Below, piece after piece: positions 15,032 through 24,183 of a stretch of 32,000 nucleotides of DNA; the stretch's first letter is position 1; each line of letters opens with the position of its first letter. This DNA is from Pseudodesulfovibrio piezophilus C1TLV30 (lineage in GTDB: Bacteria > Desulfobacterota > Desulfovibrionia > Desulfovibrionales > Desulfovibrionaceae): NCBI RefSeq assembly GCF_000341895.1, contig NC_020409.1, positions 2,130,001 to 2,162,000 on the forward strand, in the 5' to 3' direction. The notes under the pieces are model-generated. The model was given only the letters and a program-made list of their open reading frames with translations, had not been told where the DNA came from and ran no database searches. The translations under genes were made by a program, and so were the position numbers.

Positions 15032-16450
15032 CTAGTCTATCTGGATTTTGTACGCCTTGAGTTTACGGTACAAGGAACTGCGCTCCAACCCCACAGCCTT
15101 GGCGAGTTGTGAAATATTCCCATCGCAATCCCGCAATTTCGCTTCCAGAAACCGTGCCTCAAAATCAGCACGAGCCTTCTTCAAGTCATTTGGTCCTTCG
15201 GCAATAAGCGCTTCAAAGTCCATTTCCACCACCGTCTCCCTGCTCTCCGACACCTCCCTATCTCTGGAAGCTGTCGGTGCAGCACCCTGAAATTCCGGTG
15301 GCAGACGATCCGGCGAAACCGTCTCTCCAGCGTACATGATAAACATGCGTTCGACAAAGTTCTTGAGCTCGCGAACATTGCCTGGCCACGGATAATTTCT
15401 GAGAATCTCGGTGGCTGCGTCATCAAAGGCTATGGGCTTGAACCCATGCTGCCGCATGAGCGATTCCATGAAATCCTTAATCAGGAGTGGAACATCCTCG
15501 TTACGCTCTCGAAGAGGTGGCAATTCAAGGGGAAAGACCTTGAGCCGGTAATAAAGATCTTCACGAAAGTTACCCGCCTCTATCTCGTTCAAAAGATTCT
15601 TGTTGGTCGCTGCGATGACCCGGACATCAACCTTGATAGTTTTCCTCCCGCCAACATGTTCGAAACTCTGCTCCTGAAGAATCCGCAAGATCTTTGCTTG
15701 TGTTTTCAGACTCATGTCACCAATTTCATCGAGAAAGAGAATACCGCCGTCAGCCAATTCGAATTTACCTGCCTGTGCCTTTTCCGCGCCGGTAAACGCT
15801 CCTTTTTCATGGCCGAACAATTCACTTTCAATCAATTCTTCAGGGATAGCCGCACAATTGACCGCGACCAGCGGCTTCTCACTCCGCCCGGACAGATTGT
15901 GAATGGAACGCGCCACGATTTCCTTTCCCGTTCCATTCTCCCCGGTGATGAGCACCCAGGAATCAGTGGGGGCCACTCGGGAAATCACGTTATTGAGATC
16001 GACAATAGCGCGGGACCGCCCTGTCAGACTAACAGGCTGCTCGGAATCAATCCGCGTTTTAAGTGCAAGATTTTCCTGACGTAGCCGTGAAAATTCCAGG
16101 GCATTTCGACTTGTCACGACCACTTTCTCTAAAGAGAGCGGTTTTTCGATAAAATCAAAGGCTCCCTTCTTGAGTGCCTTGACCGCTGTTTCAATGGTCC
16201 CATGACCGGAGATCATGATTACCGGAAGCCCCTTGTACTGTTCCGATATAGTCCCGAGAACTTCCAACCCGTCCATACCGGGCAACCAGATATCAAGAAA
16301 AACCATATCCGGGATATCTGTCCCCAGAAGCTCCAGTCCTTCTTCGCCGGACTCGGCCTCCACGACTTCATGCCCTTCATCTTCAAGAATACCCCGCAGG
16401 GAAAACCGAATGCCTTCTTCGTCATCTATAATCAGGATTTGTCCGCTCAT
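15032..16450 (-). CDS. sigma-54-dependent response regulator (REC + AAA+ enhancer-binding domain + Fis-type HTH; NtrX/AtoC-like)
   Basis: The receiver reads MSGQILIIDDEEGIR... with MVFLDIWLPGMDG. Walker A is GENGTGKE, and the GAFTGA loop is intact (EKGAFTGAEKA). ESELFGHE is present, and the C-terminal HTH is GNISQLAKAVGLERSSLYRKLK. GGAGAG lies upstream of the ATG at 16450. Confidence 0.9.
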   Translation of the reverse strand: MSGQILIIDDEEGIRFSLRGILEDEGHEVVEAESGEEGLELLGTDIPDMVFLDIWLPGMDGLEVLGTISEQYKGLPVIMISGHGTIETAVKALKKGAFDFIEKPLSLEKVVVTSRNALEFSRLRQENLALKTRIDSEQPVSLTGRSRAIVDLNNVISRVAPTDSWVLITGENGTGKEIVARSIHNLSGRSEKPLVAVNCAAIPEELIESELFGHEKGAFTGAEKAQAGKFELADGGILFLDEIGDMSLKTQAKILRILQEQSFEHVGGRKTIKVDVRVIAATNKNLLNEIEAGNFREDLYYRLKVFPLELPPLRERNEDVPLLIKDFMESLMRQHGFKPIAFDDAATEILRNYPWPGNVRELKNFVERMFIMYAGETVSPDRLPPEFQGAAPTASRDREVSESRETVVEMDFEALIAEGPNDLKKARADFEARFLEAKLRDCDGNISQLAKAVGLERSSLYRKLKAYKIQID

Positions 16451-16528
16451 TGTCTCTCCGCGTGCAGTGATGGATGTGACGTTCTCGGACTCTTCTAAAG
16501 GAGTGTGGCGAACGATTCAAGCAGATGC

Positions 16529-17431
16529 TTACACAAGCAGATCCGCCAGGGCAGCTTCCAGCTCCGGAAAGCGGAAGGCATACCCCGCTTCCTGCAACCG
16601 TGAAGGCAACGCAAGCTGCCCGGAAAGCAAGACCTCGTCGGCCATTTCACCGAACAAGAACCGAAGGGCGAAAGCCGGAGCATTGAGAGAATAAGGGCGC
16701 CCCAGCGTCTCGCCAAGAAGTCGAGCGAATTTCCTGAACTGCACTGGATTGGGAGCCGTCAGATTAAATATGCCGCTCGTTTCTCCATTCTCCATCAGAA
16801 AACGAATGGCACCAACTTCATCCGCCATGTGGATCCACGAAACCCCTTGCAAACCTGAGCCGGGAGGACCGCCCATGAACAATTTGAATGCGGGTAGCAT
16901 CTGTTTGAGGGCACCCCCGTCTCCAAGGACCACACCCGTTCGAATCACGGCCCGACGCACCCCCATCTCTTCCAGAACAGCGGTGGACTGTTCCCATTGC
17001 CGAGCGACTTCAGCCAGAAATCCCTCGCCGGGACCATTTCGTTCATCCACTGTCGAGCTTTCCCGTATTCCGTAATATCCCACAGCCGATGCTTGAATCA
17101 GAGCACCCGGCAGCGAGTCGGCAAGTCTGACAGCCTCCACTATCCGTTGCCCGGCGTGTACACGACTCTCCAAAATCCGCTTCTTTCTGGCTTCGGTCCA
17201 GCGGCCACCCGCGATACTTTCCCCGGCCAGATTGACGATCACGGTATCCTTGTCAAGGATATCCGGCCAGTCCCTGTTGTCCCATCGCATACCGATGACA
17301 CCGGCCCCGAACACCTCCGCCACCTTGCCGGGAGTCCGAGACAGGACCACTATTTCCCACTCGTTATCCCGCAATTCATCTATGAGTGCCCGCCCGATGA
17401 AGCCGGTTCCTCCGGCGACTATTGCCCGCAT
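16529..17431 (-). CDS. YfcH-like atypical SDR (TIGR01777 / epimerase family with DUF1731 C-terminus)
   Basis: Start taken at ATG 17429-17431, preceded by GAGGGGG. The Rossmann motif is MRAIVAGGTGFIGRAL. The C-terminus LLSGQLALPSRLQEAGYAFRFPELEAAL is typical of the YfcH/DUF1731 tail. Confidence 0.75.
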   Translation of the reverse strand: MRAIVAGGTGFIGRALIDELRDNEWEIVVLSRTPGKVAEVFGAGVIGMRWDNRDWPDILDKDTVIVNLAGESIAGGRWTEARKKRILESRVHAGQRIVEAVRLADSLPGALIQASAVGYYGIRESSTVDERNGPGEGFLAEVARQWEQSTAVLEEMGVRRAVIRTGVVLGDGGALKQMLPAFKLFMGGPPGSGLQGVSWIHMADEVGAIRFLMENGETSGIFNLTAPNPVQFRKFARLLGETLGRPYSLNAPAFALRFLFGEMADEVLLSGQLALPSRLQEAGYAFRFPELEAALADLLV

Positions 17432-17620
17432 ATGCTGCCCCCTCAAATCAAACAGTTTTCATAGAGGCCAGCATACCACGACACAAAGGCTTATACCAGC
17501 AGGCAGTGAATGCAATCGACACTTCTCTCAAAGACGTCACAATGGAGGAACACGCTTCTCTGCATCAGGGAAAAGACACAAGGAAGCAGCAGTGAAAAGA
17601 GAAATGGACCACCCCTGCGA

Positions 17621-19813
17621 TCAGGAATCCGGCAATTCAATCATGAAGACCGTTCCATGAGGCGAGTTCGGCTTGGCACGCACCTGTCCACGGTGGTCGG
17701 AAATAATGGAGCGAACAATAGTCAGGCCAAGACCTGTTCCACCTTTTTTCTCCGTATAATACGGTTCGAAGAGGCGTGAGGAATCCTTGGGCAACCCGGA
17801 GCCATTATCTGCCACGGTTATGGAAACCAACCCGGCAGCACGATCATGAAAGGCAGTGATCATGACCTGAGCGTCATAGACATCCTTGAGTGCTTCAGCC
17901 GCATTGGTCAGCAGGTTGATGAGCACTTTTCGAATCGCTTCCCGATCAAAGGGGAATTTTTCGATCGGTGTCAGGAATTCCAGATCCCACCCGATCTCTC
18001 GATGGGTATTTTCAAACATGCCGGTGACCTCTGTCAGTATGGGGCCGATCTGGTCAGGCCGGGGCTGCACCTCCGGCAACTTGGCATAGGCCGAGAACTC
18101 GGTGACCATATTCTGCAACCGCTCCACCTGCTTGACAATAAGTCCTGTGCAATCATCGAAAACCGCTTCACCTATTCCATCCCCGTACTTGCGTTGGAGA
18201 CGCTGGGCCGAAAGTTTGATAGGCGTGAGCGGGTTTTTGATCTCATGGGCGATACGACGGGCAACTTCACGCCAGGCCGCAAGACGCTGGATCTTTTCCA
18301 GCTCGGTAATATCCTCGAAAACAGCCACATGTCCGGCCTCACGTCCACCCACGATCTGGAGCGAGACCACATTGATCAAGACCTTGATAGCCCGGTCACG
18401 AACAGGCAGATCGAGTTGCCGCTGCCACAAGGCTCCCGGATTCGCCGAAACCTGGGTCAACGCCTGGCTCATCATGTCGGCAAACTCTCCGGAAAGCAGG
18501 TCGGATGGCTTCTTGCCGATAAGCAGCACCCCCGGCACACCAAGGATATCTTCGGCTGCGGTATTCACCGTTCCGATGCGACCTTCGGCATCCATGGAGA
18601 TCACGCCGGATGTGATATTGTTCAGCACCGCTTCAATATAACGACCGCGCCGCTCCAACTCCTGATTCTGCTGCGCAAGCCGTTCATTGGCCTGCTGAAC
18701 GGATTCCTGGCTTTGTTCCAAATCCTCGGCCATACGGTTGAAGGACTGGACCAAAAAACCGAGTTCATCATCAGACCTATCCTCCAGACGCACGGAAAGA
18801 TCACCCCGCCCGATTCGTTCTGTTCCCATGGCGAGCGCCTGGACCGGAGCGGACAACTCCTTGGCCAGCCGAAAGCCGAACCAGATTGCCCCGAGAATGA
18901 TGAGCATGGCCATGATCCCGAGCGTCAGGTACAGGTTCATCTTCCACGGGTACTTCCGGTCCTTGAGTTTTTTATACTCATCAAGGCCGCGCACGATCTG
19001 GTCAAGCCGATGAAGCAACCCCTCACCTACGGTTTCACCAATGACGAGATACCCGGTTCTCCCTTCATCAACGGGTGAGACACCGAGTACGAGGTCACTC
19101 CCCGGCTTGGGAATGATGGTAGTCCAGGAACGGGGATCAGTCTTGAGAGACTGCCAATCTATCTTTTCCTTGATTTCCGGCCAGGCTTGCTCCCACTGTT
19201 GCGTGGCGTGGGTATTCTGTTCATTCCCTTCAGGAGTGATGACACCGACCAGACTCAGATCATATTCGCTGAATTTCTTCTTGAGATAATTATCCATGCC
19301 CTTGCCACCCCAGGCAAACTTGGACTGGACGATCTCACCGATCATGTTTGATCCACGACGCTCGAGCCTATCCTGTGCCGAACCGTAAAAAGCACGCCCC
19401 AGTTCCAGGGCCTGCTCCATGGATTCTTCGACCTGTCCCTTGAACCAATAGTCCACCGAGGTCTGAACGAACTTGACCGAAACCAGATAGATGAGAGCCG
19501 TGGGGATAAGCGACAGAGATATAAAAGCAAGGACCAGCCGTGTTCTGAGCTTGGAGCCAAGTACCCGCCGACGGCGTTCCAACATGAGCCGGACCGCATT
19601 GCGCGCCACATAAAAAAGCATGGCCAGCAGCAGGACAACATTGAGAATGAGCAGGTTGAGAATGAGATAATAATCACCGCTCAGATATTTGAGTTCGGCC
19701 CAGGTCAGACTGAGCAGGATAACAAGAAAGACCAGCGCGAGGATATATTCCCACTTGCGCCGACGTTTCTCCCTATGGGAACTGGAAGAAATGCGAATGG
19801 GATCAGGGGTCAT
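17621..19813 (-). CDS. ntrY: NtrY-like sensor histidine kinase (N-terminal TM block, periplasmic/loop region, HAMP, PAS, HisKA, HATPase_c)
   Basis: The H-box context LAAWREVARRIAHEIKNPLTPIKLSAQRL is the NtrY-type signature. HAMP is LAKELSAPVQALAMGTERIGRGDLSVRL. The N-box is LLTNAAEA, G1 is DNGSGL and G2 is GGTGLGL. The gene symbol is by family resemblance only. Confidence 0.85.
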   Translation of the reverse strand: MTPDPIRISSSSHREKRRRKWEYILALVFLVILLSLTWAELKYLSGDYYLILNLLILNVVLLLAMLFYVARNAVRLMLERRRRVLGSKLRTRLVLAFISLSLIPTALIYLVSVKFVQTSVDYWFKGQVEESMEQALELGRAFYGSAQDRLERRGSNMIGEIVQSKFAWGGKGMDNYLKKKFSEYDLSLVGVITPEGNEQNTHATQQWEQAWPEIKEKIDWQSLKTDPRSWTTIIPKPGSDLVLGVSPVDEGRTGYLVIGETVGEGLLHRLDQIVRGLDEYKKLKDRKYPWKMNLYLTLGIMAMLIILGAIWFGFRLAKELSAPVQALAMGTERIGRGDLSVRLEDRSDDELGFLVQSFNRMAEDLEQSQESVQQANERLAQQNQELERRGRYIEAVLNNITSGVISMDAEGRIGTVNTAAEDILGVPGVLLIGKKPSDLLSGEFADMMSQALTQVSANPGALWQRQLDLPVRDRAIKVLINVVSLQIVGGREAGHVAVFEDITELEKIQRLAAWREVARRIAHEIKNPLTPIKLSAQRLQRKYGDGIGEAVFDDCTGLIVKQVERLQNMVTEFSAYAKLPEVQPRPDQIGPILTEVTGMFENTHREIGWDLEFLTPIEKFPFDREAIRKVLINLLTNAAEALKDVYDAQVMITAFHDRAAGLVSITVADNGSGLPKDSSRLFEPYYTEKKGGTGLGLTIVRSIISDHRGQVRAKPNSPHGTVFMIELPDS

Positions 19814-19822
19814 GAAAATACC

Positions 19823-20401
19823 CTAAAAAGTGAAATTGAGGTGAAAGGTGTTATCCACTCCGGCATCCCATGACCAAAAATAAATGAATCGGGACAGTCC
19901 TTCCGGCGCGTCCTTTTCGTTCATGGTGGTAATCAGTCGCAGGCTGTACCGTTCACCTTTCTGTAAGACACTCCATGGCCCGAGGTCGGTTTTGATGGAA
20001 CTCCATCCTTTGCGGAGCAGTTCTTCGATATTCTTGTCCCGCAGGGGCAGTGACCGACCCGGCAAGGTCATCACATACTCCTTGTTCAGCCGATCAAAGC
20101 TGAGCGTGCTTCTGAACTCCGCCGAGGAAACCGTGGAATCGAGCCAGTAGTCGTGGACTTCAAACAGCTTCACGACGCATTTGAGTTCCAGGTCTGCCCC
20201 ATCCTCCAACTCTCCCTTGAGAATGGGCTTTTCCACGACCGTCACGCCAAAGTTCGCGGTCAGAACCCCGTTATCATTGGCAATGGTCGGTGCCATCAGG
20301 CTCAGGGTCTGGGCCTGACCCGAAGCCGGGAAGAGGATGAAGGCCAGCCCGAGGAGCAATGCGCACCGGACCCAAGGCCATTTGAAATCAGTATGTTCCA
20401 T
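19823..20401 (-). CDS. DUF4390-like exported protein, partner of the NtrY-like kinase
   Basis: 192 aa with signal peptide WVRCALLLGLAFILFPASGQA. Its stop lies 9 nt from the kinase ATG, suggesting translational coupling. The DUF4390 assignment rests on size, signal peptide and the conserved position upstream of ntrY-type kinases, not on a search. Confidence 0.55.
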   Translation of the reverse strand: MEHTDFKWPWVRCALLLGLAFILFPASGQAQTLSLMAPTIANDNGVLTANFGVTVVEKPILKGELEDGADLELKCVVKLFEVHDYWLDSTVSSAEFRSTLSFDRLNKEYVMTLPGRSLPLRDKNIEELLRKGWSSIKTDLGPWSVLQKGERYSLRLITTMNEKDAPEGLSRFIYFWSWDAGVDNTFHLNFTF

Positions 20402-20506
20402 ATGCTCTCATGATGTATCAGCCCCCCCCGCAAAGAACAAGTACACACACGGTCTTGTCATCTTCATGTTTTTTCGCGTATTGTCATCAACAATAAGGAG
20501 TCTTTC

Positions 20507-21388
20507 ATGGAAAAAGAACTGTTGCTCGCCATTGGGGATGATCGCGCCGCGTCCTACAACCTTCGCTTTCTCAAGAAAACATTTACGGCATTCTGCGATC
20601 TCAAGTTGACTCTCTTCTATGTCACGCCACTCAAACCCAGCTGGGAAGTGGACGAAAGCAAAATTGTGCCTCGTGGGTCCGGCTTTGATGAATTTGTCAA
20701 ACATTCAAAACACAAAGGAGAAAAAGCTCTTACTGATGCCAAACAATGGATTCAGGATGTCGCGGGATGCTCGGGTGAAAACGTCAGAACCAAAGTCGTC
20801 CACTCCCAAAAAGGCACTGTACGCGAACTCATCGACGAAGCGCACAAGGGAATGTATGATGCTCTGCTCCTGGGACGCAAAGGCTTTTCCTGGTTCGAAG
20901 ATCTCTTCACGAACTCGGTGTGCCACAAGATGCTCTGGAGCGACATAGACTTCCCCATCTGGATCTGCAAACGGCCGCCTGACACGCCACTCCAGGATGT
21001 CTTATTGGCCATGGACGGGTCCAAGGCCTCTCTACGCATGGTCGATCATGCCGCCCATATGCTGGCCGAAGAGGAACATACTCTCACCCTGTTTCATGTT
21101 GCCCAGCAAGGGTTTGAATCCGCCCGCAGTGCCCGTATTTTTGATGAAGGACTGGCCATTCTCGATGAACACGGCATTGCCGAAGATCGTATAGAACTCA
21201 AAATGGTCACCGCCCGAAATGTGGTCAAGGCAATCACCAAAGAAGTCAAGGAAGGACATCATACGGCTGTCGGTGTTGGCAAGCACGGCGCTCATGCCCA
21301 ATCTTCCGTGCAGGGAATTTTTCCCAGTTCAGTGACAGTCAACCTGATGCGACAGCTTGAACACACCGCCCTCTGGGTTAGTAAATAA
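20507..21388 (+). CDS. tandem-domain universal stress protein family member
   Basis: AAGGAG lies 7 nt upstream of the ATG. There are two USP-like halves: LLLAIGDD...ALLLGRKGFSWFEDLFTNSV...IWICK, and VLLAMDGSKASL...HTAVGVGKHGAH...VTVNLMRQLEHTALWV. Confidence 0.6.
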   Translation: MEKELLLAIGDDRAASYNLRFLKKTFTAFCDLKLTLFYVTPLKPSWEVDESKIVPRGSGFDEFVKHSKHKGEKALTDAKQWIQDVAGCSGENVRTKVVHSQKGTVRELIDEAHKGMYDALLLGRKGFSWFEDLFTNSVCHKMLWSDIDFPIWICKRPPDTPLQDVLLAMDGSKASLRMVDHAAHMLAEEEHTLTLFHVAQQGFESARSARIFDEGLAILDEHGIAEDRIELKMVTARNVVKAITKEVKEGHHTAVGVGKHGAHAQSSVQGIFPSSVTVNLMRQLEHTALWVSK

Positions 21389-21436
21389 CCCTCGTTCTCC
21401 CCCGGCCCATCCCCCCGGATCGGCCCGACTGAAATC

Positions 21437-21468
21437 GGCTTGTCCTTCAGGTACAAGCCTTTTCTTTT
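21437..21468 (+). terminator. rho-independent terminator after the tandem USP gene
   Basis: GGCTTGT (21437-21443) pairs with ACAAGCC (21453-21459), followed by TTTTCTTTT. Confidence 0.65.
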
Positions 21469-21543
21469 GCTTTGAACTCCACGCATTTCCCCTCGGCTCG
21501 ACAAGACTGCACATATGGACTATTCCTGTGCCCGCCGCTGCAC

Positions 21544-21566
21544 ACAATTTTGTCATACAATTTTGT
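21544..21566 (+). promoter_or_regulatory. tandem direct repeat ACAATTTTGT-N3-ACAATTTTGT upstream of the NhaC-family gene (candidate regulator binding site)
   Basis: Exact 10-mers at 21544-21553 and 21557-21566. Each has inverted ACAA/TTGT arms. The pair lies 51-73 nt upstream of the ATG at 21617. Confidence 0.3.
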
Positions 21567-21616
21567 ACTCTGGCGAATGTTTTTCTGTTTAACCGCGACT
21601 TCCACAAGGATTTTTC

Positions 21617-23326
21617 ATGAAAAAGTGTCCCATTATCACTGTAACCAGTCTGATCATCATGACCCTCATGGCCATGTCGGCAGCCCCGGCCCTGGCGGCG
21701 GATTCGGCCAAGGGAGCCGCCAATGCGCAAGCCTTCGGAATGCTGACACTGATACCGCCCCTGGTCGCCATTCTTCTCGCTTTCATCAGCAAAAATGTCG
21801 TACTCTCCCTTTTTCTGGGCGTCTTCTCAGGCTGTTTCATGCTTGATCTGCGTGGGTGGGACATATACTCCGCCGTGCTGGACGGGTTCATGCGTCTCTC
21901 CACCGAAATTCTGTTCTCTCTTGCAGACACATGGAATGCGGGCATCGTCCTTCAAGTTCTCGCCATCGGCGGACTCATCGCCCTGGTTTCGAAAATGGGC
22001 GGCGCGCAAGCCATTGCCGAGTCACTGGCCAAGTGGGCAAAAACACCCCGCAGTTCACAGCTCGCCACCTGGATCATGGGACTTTTTATCTTTTTCGATG
22101 ACTATGCCAACTCCCTCACCGTTGGCCCGATCATGCGTCCTGTGACCGATACCATGAAAGTTTCGCGGGAAAAACTTGCTTTCATCATCGATGCCACAGC
22201 CGCACCGATTGCGGGCATTGCCCTGATCTCCACCTGGGTCGCCTATGAAGTCGGACTCATCCGTGACGGATACCAGATGATCGGAGTGCAGGCCAATGCC
22301 TATGGTGTTTTCGTCGAGACCATCCCATTTCGGTTCTACAACATCTACATCCTGATGTTCATCCTCTTCTGCATCTGGTTCATGCGTGATTTCGGCCCCA
22401 TGCATACCGCCGAAGTCCGCGCCCGCAAGGAAGGCAAGGTACTGGCAGATACCGCCACTCCGATGGCTGCCGAAGAATCGGCCAGCCTCACTCCCGCATC
22501 CCATGTCGTCCCTTCTGTCTGGAGCGCCATTCTGCCCATCGGCACACTCATCGTTGCCGCTTTTCTCGGTTTTTACTTCAATGGCTACCACGCCCTTGAA
22601 GACCCGGCTCTCATTGCCGCCATTGATGCTTCCCCGACCAGCTTCACCTCCATGCGCACCTGCTTCGGAGCATCCGATGCTTCCGTGGTCCTTTTCCAGG
22701 CTGCGCTTATCGCCAGTCTCGTTGCCATCTTCATGGCCGTTATCAAACGGGTCATGCCCATCAAGGAAGCCATCGAGACTTGGGTCACCGGCGTCAAATC
22801 CATGAATATCACTGCTGTGATCCTGCTCCTGGCATGGTCACTGTCCGGTGTCATCAAGGAGCTGGGCACTGCCACGTATCTCGTTTCCATTCTTTCGGAG
22901 ACACTGCCGCCTTTCCTGCTCCCTTCGATAATCTTCATCCTCGGTTCCATAATATCCTTCGCAACCGGAACGTCCTACGGCACCATGGGCATCCTGATGC
23001 CCCTTGCCATCCCTCTTTCCTTTGCACTGAATCCGGACCCGAACTTCGTCATTCTCAATGTCGGGGCAGTCCTCACCGGAGCGATCTTCGGTGACCACTG
23101 CTCACCTATCTCCGACACCACGATCCTCTCTTCCATGGGAGCGGCCTGCGATCATATCGATCACGTCAAGACACAGCTCGTCTACGCCGTGACCGTGGCT
23201 TTTATCGCCATCTTCGCAGGATACATTCCCGCAGGACTTGGCATGCCAGTTCTCATCACACTGCCAGTGGGACTTCTGATCACCGCGCTTATCGTCCGCT
23301 TCGTCGGCAAGCCCGTCGAAGCATAA
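21617..23326 (+). CDS. NhaC-family Na+/H+ antiporter-type transporter with an N-terminal signal-like extension
   Basis: 569 aa and highly hydrophobic. FFDDYANSLTVGPIMRP and GDHCSPISDTTILSS motifs are typical of the Na_H_antiporter (NhaC) family. The N-terminus MKKCPIITVTSLIIMTLMAMSAAPALAADS resembles a signal peptide. The substrate is not inferable. Confidence 0.75.
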   Translation: MKKCPIITVTSLIIMTLMAMSAAPALAADSAKGAANAQAFGMLTLIPPLVAILLAFISKNVVLSLFLGVFSGCFMLDLRGWDIYSAVLDGFMRLSTEILFSLADTWNAGIVLQVLAIGGLIALVSKMGGAQAIAESLAKWAKTPRSSQLATWIMGLFIFFDDYANSLTVGPIMRPVTDTMKVSREKLAFIIDATAAPIAGIALISTWVAYEVGLIRDGYQMIGVQANAYGVFVETIPFRFYNIYILMFILFCIWFMRDFGPMHTAEVRARKEGKVLADTATPMAAEESASLTPASHVVPSVWSAILPIGTLIVAAFLGFYFNGYHALEDPALIAAIDASPTSFTSMRTCFGASDASVVLFQAALIASLVAIFMAVIKRVMPIKEAIETWVTGVKSMNITAVILLLAWSLSGVIKELGTATYLVSILSETLPPFLLPSIIFILGSIISFATGTSYGTMGILMPLAIPLSFALNPDPNFVILNVGAVLTGAIFGDHCSPISDTTILSSMGAACDHIDHVKTQLVYAVTVAFIAIFAGYIPAGLGMPVLITLPVGLLITALIVRFVGKPVEA

Positions 23327-23353
23327 TCCGGACGCACTCAGGACCTGAAAAAA

Positions 23354-23390
23354 GGCCGGTTCAGCATCTGCTGAACCGGCCTTTTCTTTT
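23354..23390. terminator. strong bidirectional rho-independent terminator
   Basis: GGCCGGTTCAGC (23354-23365) pairs with GCTGAACCGGCC (23370-23381), loop ATCT. It is flanked by an A-run upstream and TTTTCTTTT downstream. Confidence 0.85.
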
Positions 23391-23536
23391 CTCTCTCAAC
23401 CGCCCTCTTCCAAGTCTCGAAAATCGTTTCGGCCCATATTTACATAAGCATCGTGCGCCATGACAAAGTGTCACGCATCATGGTCATGAAACACCACGGA
23501 GGGGAAAAGGCGCAGGGAAGCGCCCCCCCTACACTC

Positions 23537-23989
23537 TTATTGATCCTGAGGGAGAACGTTCGCCCGGCCCTTGCTGTAGGCAACGCTCCGAGGATTCTGT
23601 TTGAGCGCGGCCTCAAGCTGCCGGGTCAGGAGCGTATAGCTGGTGATGGCCCCTTCATTGGTCGTCACCGTCACGTACACTTTCTGACCTCGGCGAGGAT
23701 TGAAATACACGGTATCCGGCAACCGCCTCTGCCAGCGAGCTTCCATGGTCTTGCAGCCGCCCACGAATTCCTGCGGGATGAAAGGCGTCACGCCGTACAG
23801 TTTCTTGAAGGTCACCTGTTTGAAGGTGCCATCGGAATTATTGCTCACGACCTTGATACTGACGACTTCCGCGATAGCCTTGATCTCGGAATCTTCAGCC
23901 AGCAGGGCAAGATAGTCGGTATCACCGGCATTGACCGGGATTGAGGCCAGTAGAACAAACAGAGTGGCAAGAAAAAATCGAATTATCAT
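23537..23989 (-). CDS. hypothetical exported protein (~150 aa), no recognisable family
   Basis: The start is probably ATG 23989 (MIIRFFLATLFVLLASIPVNA|GDTD, signal peptide) or ATG 24007. The mature part is beta-rich (IKVVSNNSDGTFKQVTFKKLYGV...VYVTVTTNEGAITSYTLL). A weak GC hairpin plus T-run lies at 23501-23528 on the minus strand. Confidence 0.55.
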   Translation of the reverse strand: MIIRFFLATLFVLLASIPVNAGDTDYLALLAEDSEIKAIAEVVSIKVVSNNSDGTFKQVTFKKLYGVTPFIPQEFVGGCKTMEARWQRRLPDTVYFNPRRGQKVYVTVTTNEGAITSYTLLTRQLEAALKQNPRSVAYSKGRANVLPQDQ

Positions 23990-24183
23990 ATAGAGTTGGG
24001 ATCCCATGCAACAGTTTTGAACCAGACAAGGCGAAACCGTAGCCCAGCCCGGACCATTTCGCAAGTGGCGGCAGAGGAAAATATATTTGCTATGAGCACG
24101 AATAATGCTGGACGAATAAACCATACTAGTTTAGTCGGAATTTAAAAAACAGAGCACCCGATATGGAGTGTGGAGGTAAATAT

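Noticed and set aside
24070-24095. GG...TTGC element (GAGGAAAATATATTTGCT) upstream of the MOSC gene as a sigma-54 promoter; also a Moco riboswitch in 24008-24183
   Set aside because: The GG-to-GC spacing is one nucleotide too long, and RpoN promoters are strict on spacing. I could not find the conserved Moco-motif core sequences in the leader.
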